Assembly (NCBI GenBank): GCA_965247115.1
Contig: CBDFGR010000002.1
Location: 1,056,001 to 1,120,000 of the forward strand
From: Myxococcota bacterium
GTDB taxonomy: Bacteria; Myxococcota_A; UBA9160; SZUA-336
Direction of reading: 5' to 3'
Length of the DNA stretch: 64,000 nucleotides
The stretch's first letter is position 1. Every line of letters starts with the position of its first letter. The position numbers and the translations under genes were made by a program. Under the pieces are notes generated by a model. That model was not told the DNA's origin and did no database searches. It saw only the letters and a program-made list of their open reading frames with translations. Below, piece by piece: positions 30,977-41,600 of the stretch.

Positions 30977-32050
30977 CTATAAGTTCCGGAGATGCGGCAT
31001 GACCTCCGCGGCGAACAGCTGTTGCGTCTGTCGCGCCACCGGCTCGGGAATCCCGCGCGTGCGCATGACCATGGCGATGCGCCGCGCGCCCGTCGCAAGC
31101 AGACCCTCGCTGAGTTCGTCCAGGACGGTCTGCGGGGGACCGGCCACGGCGCCTGAAAGAAACGGAAGGATCTCCTTGGCCTCTGGCTCGGGCAGTCCCC
31201 TGCGGAGCAAGGCGTCCCAGGCGATCTCTCTCGCGCGATCCTGTGCGTCCTTGGCCTCCGCCTCGGAGGGCGCGATGATGATGGACGTCGCGACCATGAA
31301 GTTGGCAACCGAGAGCTGATGACCCGCGGCCTGTCCCGCTTCCACGTAACGTTCGAGTGTTCCGTCGGCCTCGCGAGAGAAAACACCGTACAGGTTCTGA
31401 CCCAGCCTCCCGACTTGCTCCACGACCTCGGGCCGCGTCGCAGGGATCCAGATACGACGCGACGCAGCGTCAAAGGGCTTGGGGTAGACCGTGGAAGGCG
31501 CGCTGATCGTCGTGTACCGCCCGTCGAAGGTGATCGAGTGCTCATGCAGAGCCCGAGTGAGCAGCTCGAGGCCCTCGTCGAAGCGCGCCTGTAGCTCGCT
31601 CTCTGCAGGGGTGTAGCGGGTTCGCTCGATGGAGAAGTTGCCTTTTCCCACACCGATCTCGGCGCGGCCGTTGCTCAGCATGTCGAGCATGCCCATCTCC
31701 TCGGCGAGCCGCCAGGGGCTATGGATGCTGAGCACGTGGACGGCCTGGCCGAGACGGATCCTCGAGGTCTCCCTCGCCACGGCAGCGAGGTAGACGTTCG
31801 GCGAGGGCACCACGGTCCACGCGTCGAAGTGGTGCTCTGTCGTAGCCAGGCCATCAAAGCCGAGCTGCTCTGCCTCGATAGCGTCTTCGATCAAGCCCTC
31901 GAGGGTCGCGCGCGCAGCTGCTGGATCGTAAGCCTCCGGCTCCCACGCACCCTCATACGGAAGGCCGTCGAAGCGAATGAACTTCGTGATCTCCGGCTCC
32001 TCATCCCAGCGAGGGATTCGCGCCGTTCTACCGTTCGCTGCGTCCGTCAT
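30977..32050 (-). CDS. Luciferase-like (LLM class) flavin-dependent oxidoreductase
   Basis: AEQLGFD..TEHHF, PWRLAEEMGMLDMLSNGRAEIGVGKG and LFAAEVMPHL motifs. Confidence 0.92.
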   Translation of the reverse strand: MTDAANGRTARIPRWDEEPEITKFIRFDGLPYEGAWEPEAYDPAAARATLEGLIEDAIEAEQLGFDGLATTEHHFDAWTVVPSPNVYLAAVARETSRIRLGQAVHVLSIHSPWRLAEEMGMLDMLSNGRAEIGVGKGNFSIERTRYTPAESELQARFDEGLELLTRALHEHSITFDGRYTTISAPSTVYPKPFDAASRRIWIPATRPEVVEQVGRLGQNLYGVFSREADGTLERYVEAGQAAGHQLSVANFMVATSIIIAPSEAEAKDAQDRAREIAWDALLRRGLPEPEAKEILPFLSGAVAGPPQTVLDELSEGLLATGARRIAMVMRTRGIPEPVARQTQQLFAAEVMPHLRNL

Positions 32051-32309
32051 GCTCTCACTCCGCCGCTGCGATGTCTTACTGCTGGAAGCGGGGGTAGTAG
32101 TTCGCGGGGCCTAGCGCGTTCGCGTCCGTGACCCAGTCTCCGTCGTAAGCCCACTCGGATTCGCGGCCGGGAAGAGGCCCTTGCCAGAACCTTGCCAGCG
32201 GATGCCTCGGCTGTCGTCAACACGGCGCCGCCGAACGTGGCGGGTCCCAGCGCCGCCAGCGTGTCGGAGTGCCGCACCAGCGGCATCCCGAGCCGCTCCG
32301 CGATGCGAT

Positions 32310-32613
32310 CGGCCGACAGCCGCTTGTACGTGTGGAGCAGGTCGTCCAGGGAGGAGAACGTATAGGCCACGTGGTCGACACCGACCGACTGCTCCTCGGC
32401 AGGCTTGAAGTCCGAGTTCTGGATGATGGCGAGCCGGTGGTGCTCGCTGTCGAAGGTCATGAACGCGGCGATCGGATTCTCGAACACGGCCCGCGCGCCG
32501 AGCACCTTCTCGTACCAAGCCTTCAGCTTCTGGAGGTCGCGGGTGCGCAGGACGAAATGCGCCATGTACGCCGGCGGGATCGGTCTGTCCAGGCTATCTA
32601 GCTCTCTCGACAT
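32310..32613 (-). pseudogene. Truncated VOC/glyoxalase-family protein fused to unrelated sequence
   Basis: AHFVLRT, FMTFDSEHHRLAI, GVDHVAYT, LLHTYKRL; the C-terminal strands are missing. Confidence 0.7.
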
Positions 32614-32902
32614 GCGAGTCCTCTCTGGGAGCCGTCGCTGCGCAGTATCCTGTACACGAGCAGGGGCGCGGGTCAAGTCGCGCGCTAGTTTCTCTCCGAT
32701 GGCATAAGCCTCCGGAATTCCTGCGGTATTCACGGGCTTTTGATTCCTTGCCAGCGCATGCGGCACGAACCGCCACCGTCGGCAGTCAACGCAACTCCAG
32801 CGTACCAGCCGGTTCCTGTAGGGAGGCGGACAAGCGACTGCGGGCCGAGTCTCTCCGCCTGCAGTAGAATCCCAATTCTATGGCAGTGGTGATGTAGCCG
32901 AG

Positions 32903-33988
32903 ATGGCCCTGCTCGGCCTCTACGTCGTGCTGGCCGTCGGCGTGTCGTTTCTGTGCTCCATCATGGAGGCGGTGCTGTTGAGTGTCACCCCCGCCTACAT
33001 CGGAGTGCTGGAGAAGAACGCGCCTGGTTCCGCGCGGCAGCTGCGCGCGCTAAAGGACGACATCGATCGGCCGCTCGCCGCCATTCTCAGTCTCAACACG
33101 GTGGCCCACACCGTCGGGGCGGCGGGCGCAGGCGCGCAGGCCGCGGTCGTCTTTGGAAGCGCGGCTGTGGGCGTGTTTTCTGCGCTCCTGACGCTCGCCA
33201 TCTTGGTGGTGAGCGAGGTCGTCCCAAAGACGATCGGGGCGCTCCATTGGCGCGTGCTCGCGCCCGTCGTGGCGCAGACGCTGGGGCCGATGATCTGGGT
33301 CCTCAGCCCTCTGGTGTGGCTGTGCCAGCTCATCACCGGCTTGGTCTCGCGCTGGAAGGAGGACGAGCCAGCGGTCAGCCGGGAGGAGCTCATCGCGATG
33401 GCGGACATCGGGGAGCTGGAAGGAGTGATCGAGGCCGACGAAACCCGGATCGTCAAGAATCTGATGCGCTTTCGCGCACTGACCGCTAAGGACGTGATGA
33501 CGCCCCGCACGGTGCTCCTGGCGTTCCCGGAGTCTGCGACCGTTGCACGAGTCACCAAGCGAGGCATCCCCTTCTCGCGCATTCCCATTTACGACAAGAA
33601 CCCCGACCAGGTAACCGGCTACGTCCTCAAGGACCAGGTCCTTCAGGCGGTCGCGGAGGATCGCCACGACCAGCCCCTGACCGCCCTGCGCAGAGAGATC
33701 CTCGCGGTACCAGCGCGCTTCCCCCTCCCGCGGCTGTTCGACACGCTCGTCTCCCACCGCGAACACATGGCGCTCGTCGTCGAGCACGGCGGGACCGAGG
33801 GCATTGTCACGATGGAGGACGTGATCGAGACGCTGCTCGGCCTCGAGATCATGGACGAGGTGGACGAGACGCAGAGCATGCGGCAGCTCGCGCGGCGGCG
33901 CTGGGAGGAGCGGGCGGCGCGCCTGGGCCTACTCTCCGAGGAGTTCGTGGTGCCGCCGCCCGGCTCGAACAAACCGGAGCGCGACTGA
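32903..33988 (+). CDS. CNNM (DUF21)-CBS domain hemolysin-family membrane protein
   Basis: SFLCSIMEAVLLS, AILSLNTVAHT, SEVVPKTIG, VMTPR, FSRIPIY and GIVTMEDVIE motifs. Confidence 0.92.
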   Translation: MALLGLYVVLAVGVSFLCSIMEAVLLSVTPAYIGVLEKNAPGSARQLRALKDDIDRPLAAILSLNTVAHTVGAAGAGAQAAVVFGSAAVGVFSALLTLAILVVSEVVPKTIGALHWRVLAPVVAQTLGPMIWVLSPLVWLCQLITGLVSRWKEDEPAVSREELIAMADIGELEGVIEADETRIVKNLMRFRALTAKDVMTPRTVLLAFPESATVARVTKRGIPFSRIPIYDKNPDQVTGYVLKDQVLQAVAEDRHDQPLTALRREILAVPARFPLPRLFDTLVSHREHMALVVEHGGTEGIVTMEDVIETLLGLEIMDEVDETQSMRQLARRRWEERAARLGLLSEEFVVPPPGSNKPERD

Positions 33989-34012
33989 TCTGATGCGGCT
34001 GAGGAAAGAGGG

Positions 34013-34285
34013 TCAGTCGATGCCAGCTTCGCGGCGAAGGCGCGCCTTTCGTGACGCTGCGAGAGAGTCCCAGTGAACGTCACGAAGTGCGCCCTCCAAC
34101 GAATACAGGTAGTAGCAGACTGAGACGGTCTCTTCCGCGTGCCGTTCGCAGACGCGCCGAAAGACCCTCGCGGGACCGACGCGTTCCAGTTCGTCTCGGG
34201 TGCGTATTCCGACCGCGTGCAGACGACGGGCGATCGTCGGGCCGATGTTCCTCAGTGAGCGGATGGACTCATCGTTCTTCCTCAC
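34013..34285 (-). CDS. TfoX C-terminal domain protein
   Basis: LRNIGPTIARRLHAVGI and LYSLEGALRDVHW motifs; AGGAG RBS before GTG at 34285. Confidence 0.8.
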   Translation of the reverse strand: MRKNDESIRSLRNIGPTIARRLHAVGIRTRDELERVGPARVFRRVCERHAEETVSVCYYLYSLEGALRDVHWDSLAASRKARLRREAGID

Positions 34286-34354
34286 TCGGACTCCTGCCTG
34301 CAGGGCTTCCCGCGCGGCCGACACACCTTTTCGCACCGGCCCTGCGTCAAAGTA

Positions 34355-35194
34355 TCACCGCGACGAGCTCATCTCGAACTCACCTCGTTCCTTGAGCGGA
34401 AGCGCAACCTCCGTGACGAGCTCTTCTGCCGGTACGTCTGCGGGGTCGTTGGCATAGAACTCCCAGACGGGGCCGAGCGGTTCATGGCCATGCTCCTGCA
34501 CCCAGGCCAACAGGGCGTGGTAGGCGAGGCCCAGAGCTTCGTAGGGTCCCACGTGCGTGAGGCACGCGAAGGGGCCGCCCGGAAGGCGCGCGATCTTGGC
34601 TCTATGCAGCTCGCCGGGTTCCGTCGTGAGCCCAACGCAGGCGTGCACCGCGATTCGATCCTCTCCTTCGCTGAACTCATTGATCGCCAGCACTGGTTCG
34701 CGAACTTCGAGTCCGACGCTCCGCAGTTCATCCAACAGCGCGTATACGAGCTCCGTGGTGTCCGAAACGAGGCGGTCTGAATCCGTCGTTCCACTGATCC
34801 GAGCGACTTGTCGCTCAGGATGTTCCCGGATCGCGACTTCATAAGGCGCCAGCTCACCGACTTGCGCAATACGCCGCAGGGAGAGCAAGGTTCTCTGGCG
34901 CGCGACGACCTCAACTTCGATGCGCGCAGTCTCCGCATCGATCAACTCCTTCAGATCTGCTGGCTCGGCAGCGAGCGCTCTTCGGATCACCGCCAGAGGC
35001 AGATCCAGAGAGCGCAGCATGCCGATCATCAGCGCGTCGCGCGCCTGATCCCTGCTGTAATGGCGATACTTGGACTGCGGATCCACGAAGGCAGGCTTGA
35101 GCAGCCCGAGCTCGTCGTAGTGGCGCAGCGCTTTCACGCTCAGACGACAGCTGCGAGCGAAGCGCCCGATCGGCATTAGATTGCATTGGACCAC
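34355..35194 (-). CDS. MerR family regulator with GyrI-like effector domain
   Basis: IGRFARSCRLSVKALRHYDELGLL, YRHY and HVGPYE motifs. Confidence 0.92.
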   Translation of the reverse strand: MVQCNLMPIGRFARSCRLSVKALRHYDELGLLKPAFVDPQSKYRHYSRDQARDALMIGMLRSLDLPLAVIRRALAAEPADLKELIDAETARIEVEVVARQRTLLSLRRIAQVGELAPYEVAIREHPERQVARISGTTDSDRLVSDTTELVYALLDELRSVGLEVREPVLAINEFSEGEDRIAVHACVGLTTEPGELHRAKIARLPGGPFACLTHVGPYEALGLAYHALLAWVQEHGHEPLGPVWEFYANDPADVPAEELVTEVALPLKERGEFEMSSSR

Positions 35195-35204
35195 GAGTAG
35201 AAGC

Positions 35205-35612
35205 CTAGTCGATCTTGTAGCTGTCTGTATGGTCAGCCGCCGCGGGGATCATCTTGACGACGTCGAGCAGCAGCCCCGTCGGATCTCGGGTGATGAAGTG
35301 ACGCTGCCCCCAAGGTTCATCTCGCAGATTCAGCACGATCGGCAACTCAAGGCTGACAGCGCACGCATGGATGTGATCTACATCGTCCGATTCCAGTGTC
35401 ACGATCACTCCGTCTGGTGGATTCTGGTGCCCTTTTGGAACGCTCGGATGGGTTCGCTGCACGAAAGCGATCTCAACCGTTGGATCGCTCGGCGCTTGCA
35501 GCTGGACATACCAGTCGGTCTCGAACACTGGCTTGAGGCCAAGAAGTTGTTGGTAGAACTCACTGATTGCTGTGACGTCGTCGGTGCAGATGACCGGGAA
35601 TAAACTCTTCAT
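35205..35612 (-). CDS. VOC/glyoxalase/bleomycin-resistance family protein
   Basis: FYQQLLGL..VFETDWY and DEPWGQRHFITRDPTG motifs. Confidence 0.9.
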   Translation of the reverse strand: MKSLFPVICTDDVTAISEFYQQLLGLKPVFETDWYVQLQAPSDPTVEIAFVQRTHPSVPKGHQNPPDGVIVTLESDDVDHIHACAVSLELPIVLNLRDEPWGQRHFITRDPTGLLLDVVKMIPAAADHTDSYKID

Positions 35613-35653
35613 GAGAGACCCCCTTTATGCTCGCCTTCGTGGCGCCAGGACCT

Positions 35654-35684
35654 AGAATCGGGTCTCCCCCAACAGGAGAGTCAA
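35654..35684 (-). promoter_or_regulatory. MerR-type promoter/operator for the VOC-merR operon
   Basis: TTGACT, 19-bp spacer, GATTCT, with dyad TCTCC-N6-GGAGA overlapping the spacer. Confidence 0.7.
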
Positions 35685-35790
35685 GGCCCAGCCCGTGAAT
35701 GACTCCACCGAGGGCCCAGCCAGAACGGGAGCAGTCGCCAGGATCGAAGAATCTGTGGCGATCGGGGAAGTCTGTCTTGCGCTCCTACCC

Positions 35791-35875
35791 TATGGAAGGG
35801 AGTTTAAGAGGGTTTTTCGGGGTGTTGACAATGGCCCTTCCCGTCCTATCGATTGGTCTGAGGGCCGGGGCGCGG
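35791..35875. repeat. 84-bp dispersed repeat, copy 3 (left tip diverged)
   Basis: AGGGAGTTTAAGAGGGTTTTTCGGGGTGTTGACAATGGCCCTTCCCGTCCTATCGATTGGTCTGAGGGCCGGGGCGCGG. Confidence 0.85.
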
Positions 35876-35906
35876 CCCTTATCTAGCACAGCCATGCCGA
35901 GCTGGA

Positions 35907-36737
35907 CTATGCCGCGAGCTTGTTCCGCGCGCCGCGCAGGAATTTGATGGTCGACGCGATGGTTTTGTCCGGACACTCCACCAAGTCCGCGTGGCCGATG
36001 TCCTCGTAGACGATCACCTCGCAGCCCGGGACGTTGTCGACCACCCATTGCGCGCCGGCGCCGTCCGGGCCGGTGTGTATCGGGGTTAGCATGTCCTTGG
36101 CCGCGGTGATCACAAGCGTCGGATTCTTGATCTTCTTGCAGTCCTCGCGGAGGTCCATTTTCTCCATTGCGAGGCAGGCCTGTACCACCGTCTCGACCGA
36201 GTTGAGCCCGACCACCGTGCGCACCATCTCGATCAGGCCGGGCCCTTCCGGGCCATCGAGATAGTCGGCACCGACCGCCTGTGTCACGACATGATCGGCG
36301 AACTCCGGCCCGCACCCCCAGGTCTGGGCCATATGGCGCCAGGTGCGGAACATGATCCGCCGCATGGTGTCGCATTTCGCGAAAGCGCAATCGCTGACCA
36401 CGCCGATGCAGCGATCCGGATATTTCGCCGCGAATTTGAGCGCGATCATGCCGCCTGCGGAGGTGCCCATGACATGGGCCCGATCGATGTCGAGCGCATC
36501 GAGGAGTGCCGCCAGATCATCCGCCCAGAGATCGAGGTCATACTGCATGAGCGGGCGATCCGATTGACCGTAGCCCCGCTGATCGTAGCTAATCAGCTTG
36601 AACTCCTTGGCGAGCCCTTCCCAGACCAAGCCGAAATTCTGCCGCCCGAAGAGCGAGCCGCCGATCAGAGCGAGCGGCTCGCCCTCGCCCATGAACTCGT
36701 AATAGATGTTGATCCCGTTGGCCTCGACCTTGGGCAT
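35907..36737 (-). CDS. Alpha/beta hydrolase (enol-lactonase-like)
   Basis: MPKVEANGINIYYE, YDQRGYGQS, GTSAGG, GH near the C-terminus; GGAG RBS. Confidence 0.9.
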   Translation of the reverse strand: MPKVEANGINIYYEFMGEGEPLALIGGSLFGRQNFGLVWEGLAKEFKLISYDQRGYGQSDRPLMQYDLDLWADDLAALLDALDIDRAHVMGTSAGGMIALKFAAKYPDRCIGVVSDCAFAKCDTMRRIMFRTWRHMAQTWGCGPEFADHVVTQAVGADYLDGPEGPGLIEMVRTVVGLNSVETVVQACLAMEKMDLREDCKKIKNPTLVITAAKDMLTPIHTGPDGAGAQWVVDNVPGCEVIVYEDIGHADLVECPDKTIASTIKFLRGARNKLAA

Positions 36738-36802
36738 GATGCTCTCCTTCGTTTGGCGACACAGGGATAGGCCTCGCCGAGCGGCTCGTACTTGGGGGCT
36801 GT

Positions 36803-38248
36803 CTACTCGACAGGGATCTTGAATCGAGAACGCGAGATGATCCGACCTGAGCCCTTCTCGGCGTCGACTTCTCCTCCCTCGTAGACCACCTCGCCCCGCC
36901 GAATCGTGATCTGCGGCCACCCGGTGACCTCCGTCCCGGCGTAGATCGAGAACCCGGTCTTTGAGAGGACGTCCGAGTCGGCGATGGTTCTTCTCTCGTC
37001 CGGATCCCAAATCACGAGGTCGGCGTCGGAACCGGGCGCGATGGTGCCCTTGCGAGGGTATAGCCCGAAGAGCTTTGCCGCGTTGGTGGAGGACACCTCG
37101 ACGAAGCGTTGCAGCGAGATCTTTCCCCCGTGGACTCCTTCGGAGAAGAGCATGGGCAGCATCACCTGGAGATTGTTCACGCCGGGGCGAAATGAAGTGA
37201 TGGTCTGTTGCGGGTCGAGCTTTTCCTCGCGGGTCCAAGGAGCGTGGTCGGTGGCCAGCGTGGCGATTGCGCCGCTTGCGAGCCCCTCCCACATGGCCTC
37301 CCGATCGTCCGCTCCTCGAATCGGTGGCATTCCGACGAAGAGCGCTCCGTCGGCCCGGCGGTAGTTCGCCTCCGTGAAGTGGAGGTACAGGGGACGCGTC
37401 TCGACGAACACAGGAAACCGCGACTGCACCGCCTCGGCCGCCGCGAGGGCCCGGGCGGCCGACAGGTGGACGATGTAGATCGCCGCCCCCGTGATCTCCG
37501 CCATCGCCAGGGCACGTTCCGTCGCGACGACCTCGGAGATGATGGGGCGGCTCTCCGGGTAGTGTGCGAGCGAGGTCTTGCCGGCGTCCGTCAACTCCTG
37601 CGCCGCGAACTCGAGCGCGGCGGCGTCCTCGCAGTGGATCGCGACGAGGATTCCCGCGTCTCGCGCGCCACGCAGGAGTCGCAGGAAACCGGGCATTTCC
37701 GCGTCGAACGGCTCGAACGGCATGAAGACCTTGATCGACGGCTGGCCGGCGGCGGCGAGCTCCGGTAGCTCCCCGATCACCGCCTCCGTGGGCTCGAAGA
37801 TGGTCGTGTGGACGAAAACGTCGGCCATCGTCAGCTCTTCGATGGGAACGCTCTCCCGAGCCAGTGTCGCGAGCGGGCCCTCCCCAGGAGCTGGAAACGC
37901 CATGTGACCCACCGTGGTGATTCCCCCCGCGAGTGCCGCGCGGGTCCCGCTCTCGAAATCGTCGGCGAAGGCGAACTCCTCCGAGGACGTCAGGTGCACG
38001 TGGGGATCGACCCCTCCGGGCAGGATCAGGAGGCCGCTAGCGTCGAGGACCCGAGCATCCGTCTCAACTCGCTCGAGAGATCCGATCTCATCGATCGTTT
38101 CTCCCCGAATCCGGATGTCCGCCTTACGCTCCCCTTCGGCGGTTACAACGGTTCCACCCTGAATCAGCAGATCCGTTGCGCCCGCTGGTGGCGAGAGGGT
38201 CAAGATCGAGAGTACGGCCGTGGCTCCGGCTGTTCGGATATAGGTCAT
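36803..38248 (-). CDS. Dihydropyrimidinase/D-hydantoinase family amidohydrolase with signal-like N-terminus
   Basis: PGGVDPHVH, AALAGGITT, IHCED, VHLS, ATDHAPW and GSDADLVIWDP motifs. Confidence 0.9.
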   Translation of the reverse strand: MTYIRTAGATAVLSILTLSPPAGATDLLIQGGTVVTAEGERKADIRIRGETIDEIGSLERVETDARVLDASGLLILPGGVDPHVHLTSSEEFAFADDFESGTRAALAGGITTVGHMAFPAPGEGPLATLARESVPIEELTMADVFVHTTIFEPTEAVIGELPELAAAGQPSIKVFMPFEPFDAEMPGFLRLLRGARDAGILVAIHCEDAAALEFAAQELTDAGKTSLAHYPESRPIISEVVATERALAMAEITGAAIYIVHLSAARALAAAEAVQSRFPVFVETRPLYLHFTEANYRRADGALFVGMPPIRGADDREAMWEGLASGAIATLATDHAPWTREEKLDPQQTITSFRPGVNNLQVMLPMLFSEGVHGGKISLQRFVEVSSTNAAKLFGLYPRKGTIAPGSDADLVIWDPDERRTIADSDVLSKTGFSIYAGTEVTGWPQITIRRGEVVYEGGEVDAEKGSGRIISRSRFKIPVE

Positions 38249-38284
38249 TCTGCATTATCACTTCCGTGAACCCAGGATGCCAGC

Positions 38285-38541
38285 TGTAGGCCGTGAGCCG
38301 AGTTTGGACAGATGGGGTCGATGATCTAAGAGAGGGTTCCGGGCTCGCTGGAGCAAGGAGTTTCTGGAGGCGGGCAAGAAGCGCCTGCTGGGAGATACGC
38401 AGCGAGAGGCGAGCTCGAGTGAGGTCCACGATCTGCGCAAGGAGAACGCCCGGCTCAAGGAGCGGGTGGCCGAGACGGTGCTCGAGAACCGTCCGCTCAA
38501 AAAAAGCGGACCAACGGTCCCAGAAGATCTGACGACGTACA
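38285..38541 (+). mobile_element. Internally deleted miniature IS (IS3/IS481-like), 257 bp
   Basis: Imperfect terminal inverted repeats TGTAGGCCGTGAG.../...CTGACGACGTACA; orfA remnant WSKEFLEAGKKRLLGDT...LKKS. Confidence 0.8.
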
Positions 38542-38669
38542 TATAATTCCCCAAAAAAGGACTCTCCAACGTCGGGACCAGGATATCCGGGTCGTCGTTC
38601 ACCCTGGTGCTGACGGCGCGCCGCTCGTAGGGACCGGTACAGGGTTCACCCACTGCTCGGGATCAGCTC

Positions 38670-41600
38670 TCAGAAGGTGATCGACATTCGGCCCAGCACC
38701 GCTAGATCGGCCGGACCCGTTCTGTTCTTCCGCCTCATGACTTCCAATTCCAACATCAATGGCAGCGCCAGCTGCGAGCGTAGGGGCAGGCTCCACTGGG
38801 TGCCCATGGCCAGCTCCCGTCCATATCCTGTCCACCTTAACCGACTGTAGGGCGTCAGTGCACCCGGTAAGCCCAGCACCCTTAGGCCGCCGTAGGCCAC
38901 CTCGCTTTCCATCCGGCTCTGGGAACCCATTCCCATTGCTCCCATCCCCGGCGGGCGCGTGACCGTATTAGCGTTGTTCCATAGCGTCGTTCGGCCGCCT
39001 CCATCCTGGCCCCGCGTGGAGGTCACCGACGCCCTAAACCCGCGCTGTTTCTCGCCTGGGTCCCAGCTCGCTTGCACGCCCACTCCCCAGTCCCGGTAGT
39101 CGCTTTTATGCACCACCAGCACCCGGCCGAGTATGGCCACGTCTAGTCCACTGTTCGCATCCAGATACCCCAGACGGAATCCTGTTTCTGCGCCGCTGCC
39201 CCGTTCCGCATCGCCCCCATCGAAACGCCCGCCGGCCTCCACCTTCAGGCTCAGTGACCGCCCCGCTGACAGCTGCTTGGTGTGCACCCACTCCAGCATC
39301 AACCGCGCCCGGTGGGCCTCGCCTCGCACCTTCGCGATGTCTTCGGAGACTTCGGTCCCCAGTTGCGCCGTGAAGGCATCCGCCCGCAGCCCCATCTCAT
39401 TGCTGCCCCGCTTCCATAGCACCGCCCTCACTCCTCCCGAGAACATCCGGAAGTCGGCCTCGAAGTTGTGACTCCTCCCCGGCTCGTTGACGTCCACTCG
39501 CCCTCGTCCCAAGCCTCCCATGCCCCACACGCTCACCCGCTCCGTCGGCTGCCAGTACAGATAGGGATGAAACGTGTTCATGCGACTCCCCAACGTCCCA
39601 TCGATTCCATCGTCGCTGTAATCCATGTTCCCCCAGCTGCGCATGAACGACAGCCCGGCCAACACCTCGTCGTTGGCATAGAGGTCCAGCCCCACATGGG
39701 CGGCCTCGAGACCTCCTCGATAGCTCATCTCGTACCGCGTCAGGTTCCCGTTGAAGCGCTGCAGGTCCCCCTGCCCCCACAACGCCGGTACCCAGCTCCT
39801 GCTCGTCCCCTTCTGCTGTCCTGCCAAGGGCAGCTCGAAGGACACTCCCGCAAGGTTGAGCTCGCGATTCCTCCTCCCCGAGTACTCGCCCGATCCCGAT
39901 CTCAGCGACGAGTTCCTGGTCCCCGAACCCTGGAATCGATCCTGACCGTAACCTGGCTGTCCTCCCAACCCGACAGTCGGGCCGGTCCCACTCGGCCCCA
40001 TGCCGGAGCCGGTCGAGACGCCCGCATCGCCCTGGCCGTGGCCGAACAGGCCCGTCAATCCACCCAGTGAGGCGTTCTGCAGCCACGCTCCCTGCATGCC
40101 ACTTTCCCGATCTCCCGACTCCCCACTCGATCCCATCGTTGCTGTGGCCCCGGCCTCGCCTCCAGCGCTCTGCACCACCGGACCTTCGGCTCTTCTCCTG
40201 CCGGAACCCTCAAGGCTCTCGCTGCCTATCCGCTGGGATTCTCCCGGGCTCGCAGCCGCGGCACCGTTGTCGCTTCCCGGCTGCGCTGCTCCTGCTGCCC
40301 TCAGCCGACTCCACTGCCGATACCGCTCAAAGCGACCCTGAATGACCGTCTGTGCACTCTCCCCCATCGACCGCGCCATCACCGCCAGCGCCGCCTCCAG
40401 CGTTTGCGAGAACTGCTCCGCCGTGCGCTGCTGCCTGAAGTTCACTGTTGTCTGGGAGATCTCTCCTCCACTGACCGCCTCCGGCAACTCTCCAAAGCTC
40501 AACACAATCCCCTCCCCGGGATCGTTCACTTCATCCGCCAACACCTCCACGGAAATCGTCCCCTCGCTCGCGCCTTCCTCAAACACCACCTTCGCCGGCA
40601 CTCCACTGTAGTCCTCGTCAGTGGCTCCTCCTTTCGGCGCCACCACCAGCGGTACTTCCACCCGCCGGTCCGCCGTCGGCGCCACTTTCACCTCGATGTC
40701 GGCCTGCTCGCCTTCCCCGATCTCGTACTCCGCCTTCCTGAAGCTCACCTTCAGCTCCACCAGTCCTTTGTCCTTTAGCACCACTGTCGCCACGGCCGGC
40801 TGCCCCGCCATCACTATCTCCGGCAGTTCCCCAAATCCCAGCTCCACCGTTTCGTCGTCCTCATCCCCGTCATGGTTGGCCTCTATCGTGAACGTCTGCT
40901 CCGTTTCCTCGGCTGGGAACGTCAGCCTGCCGGTGCCCTCTTGGGCATCCCACTCCTCCAAACCATCTAGGGTATAGTCGGCGACTTCCGTCGCCTCCGG
41001 CCGCGTCACCCGGATCGGGATCGCCAGCTCCTCGTCCCAGCCCTGGCTCAGCTTCACCGTCACCGCCACCATCTCCCCACCTTCCCTCGCCGTGTAGCTC
41101 TCCTCCTGATAGCTCACCAGCAGATCCAGCTCCGCCTCGATCACCAGAAGCTCCGCCGCCTGGTTGCCGTTGCCGACCCCGTACTCGACCACATTCGCCC
41201 CAACCTCCACGATCACTTCACCGTTCTTCGAGGGAGTGATCTCTGCCTTATAGGTCGTCCCCGATCCACTGAAGTCGGTCACCGAACCATTCGTCACCGC
41301 GATCTCGCTCCGCTCAAAGCCTGTCACCGGCTCCGAGAAGGTGATTGTCACCTCGAACGCGCCGTCCACCGGAGCTGACACGTCCGTTTGAATCGCGACC
41401 GTCACTACCTTTTCGTTGTCGGCCTCGGTCGCCGTGACCGGATCGACATCAATTGGGTAATAGTCCTCGTCGTTGCTTGCCGTGGAGTGGCTGAAGATCG
41501 CGACGCCATCCACCTCGTCGGCGTCGTCCTCGGCCGCCGAGACCGTCACCGTCTGCTCCGCATTCCAGTTCGAGTTCGTGAAGGTCAACGTAACCGAATC

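Noticed and set aside
32820..32900. Riboswitch upstream of the CNNM gene
   Set aside because: Only one modest hairpin (AGGCGGA/TCCGCCT); no recognisable aptamer consensus.
25047..35875. CRISPR array interpretation of the 84-bp repeats
   Set aside because: Repeats are too long, spaced 1.5 and 9.2 kb apart, and no cas genes are present.
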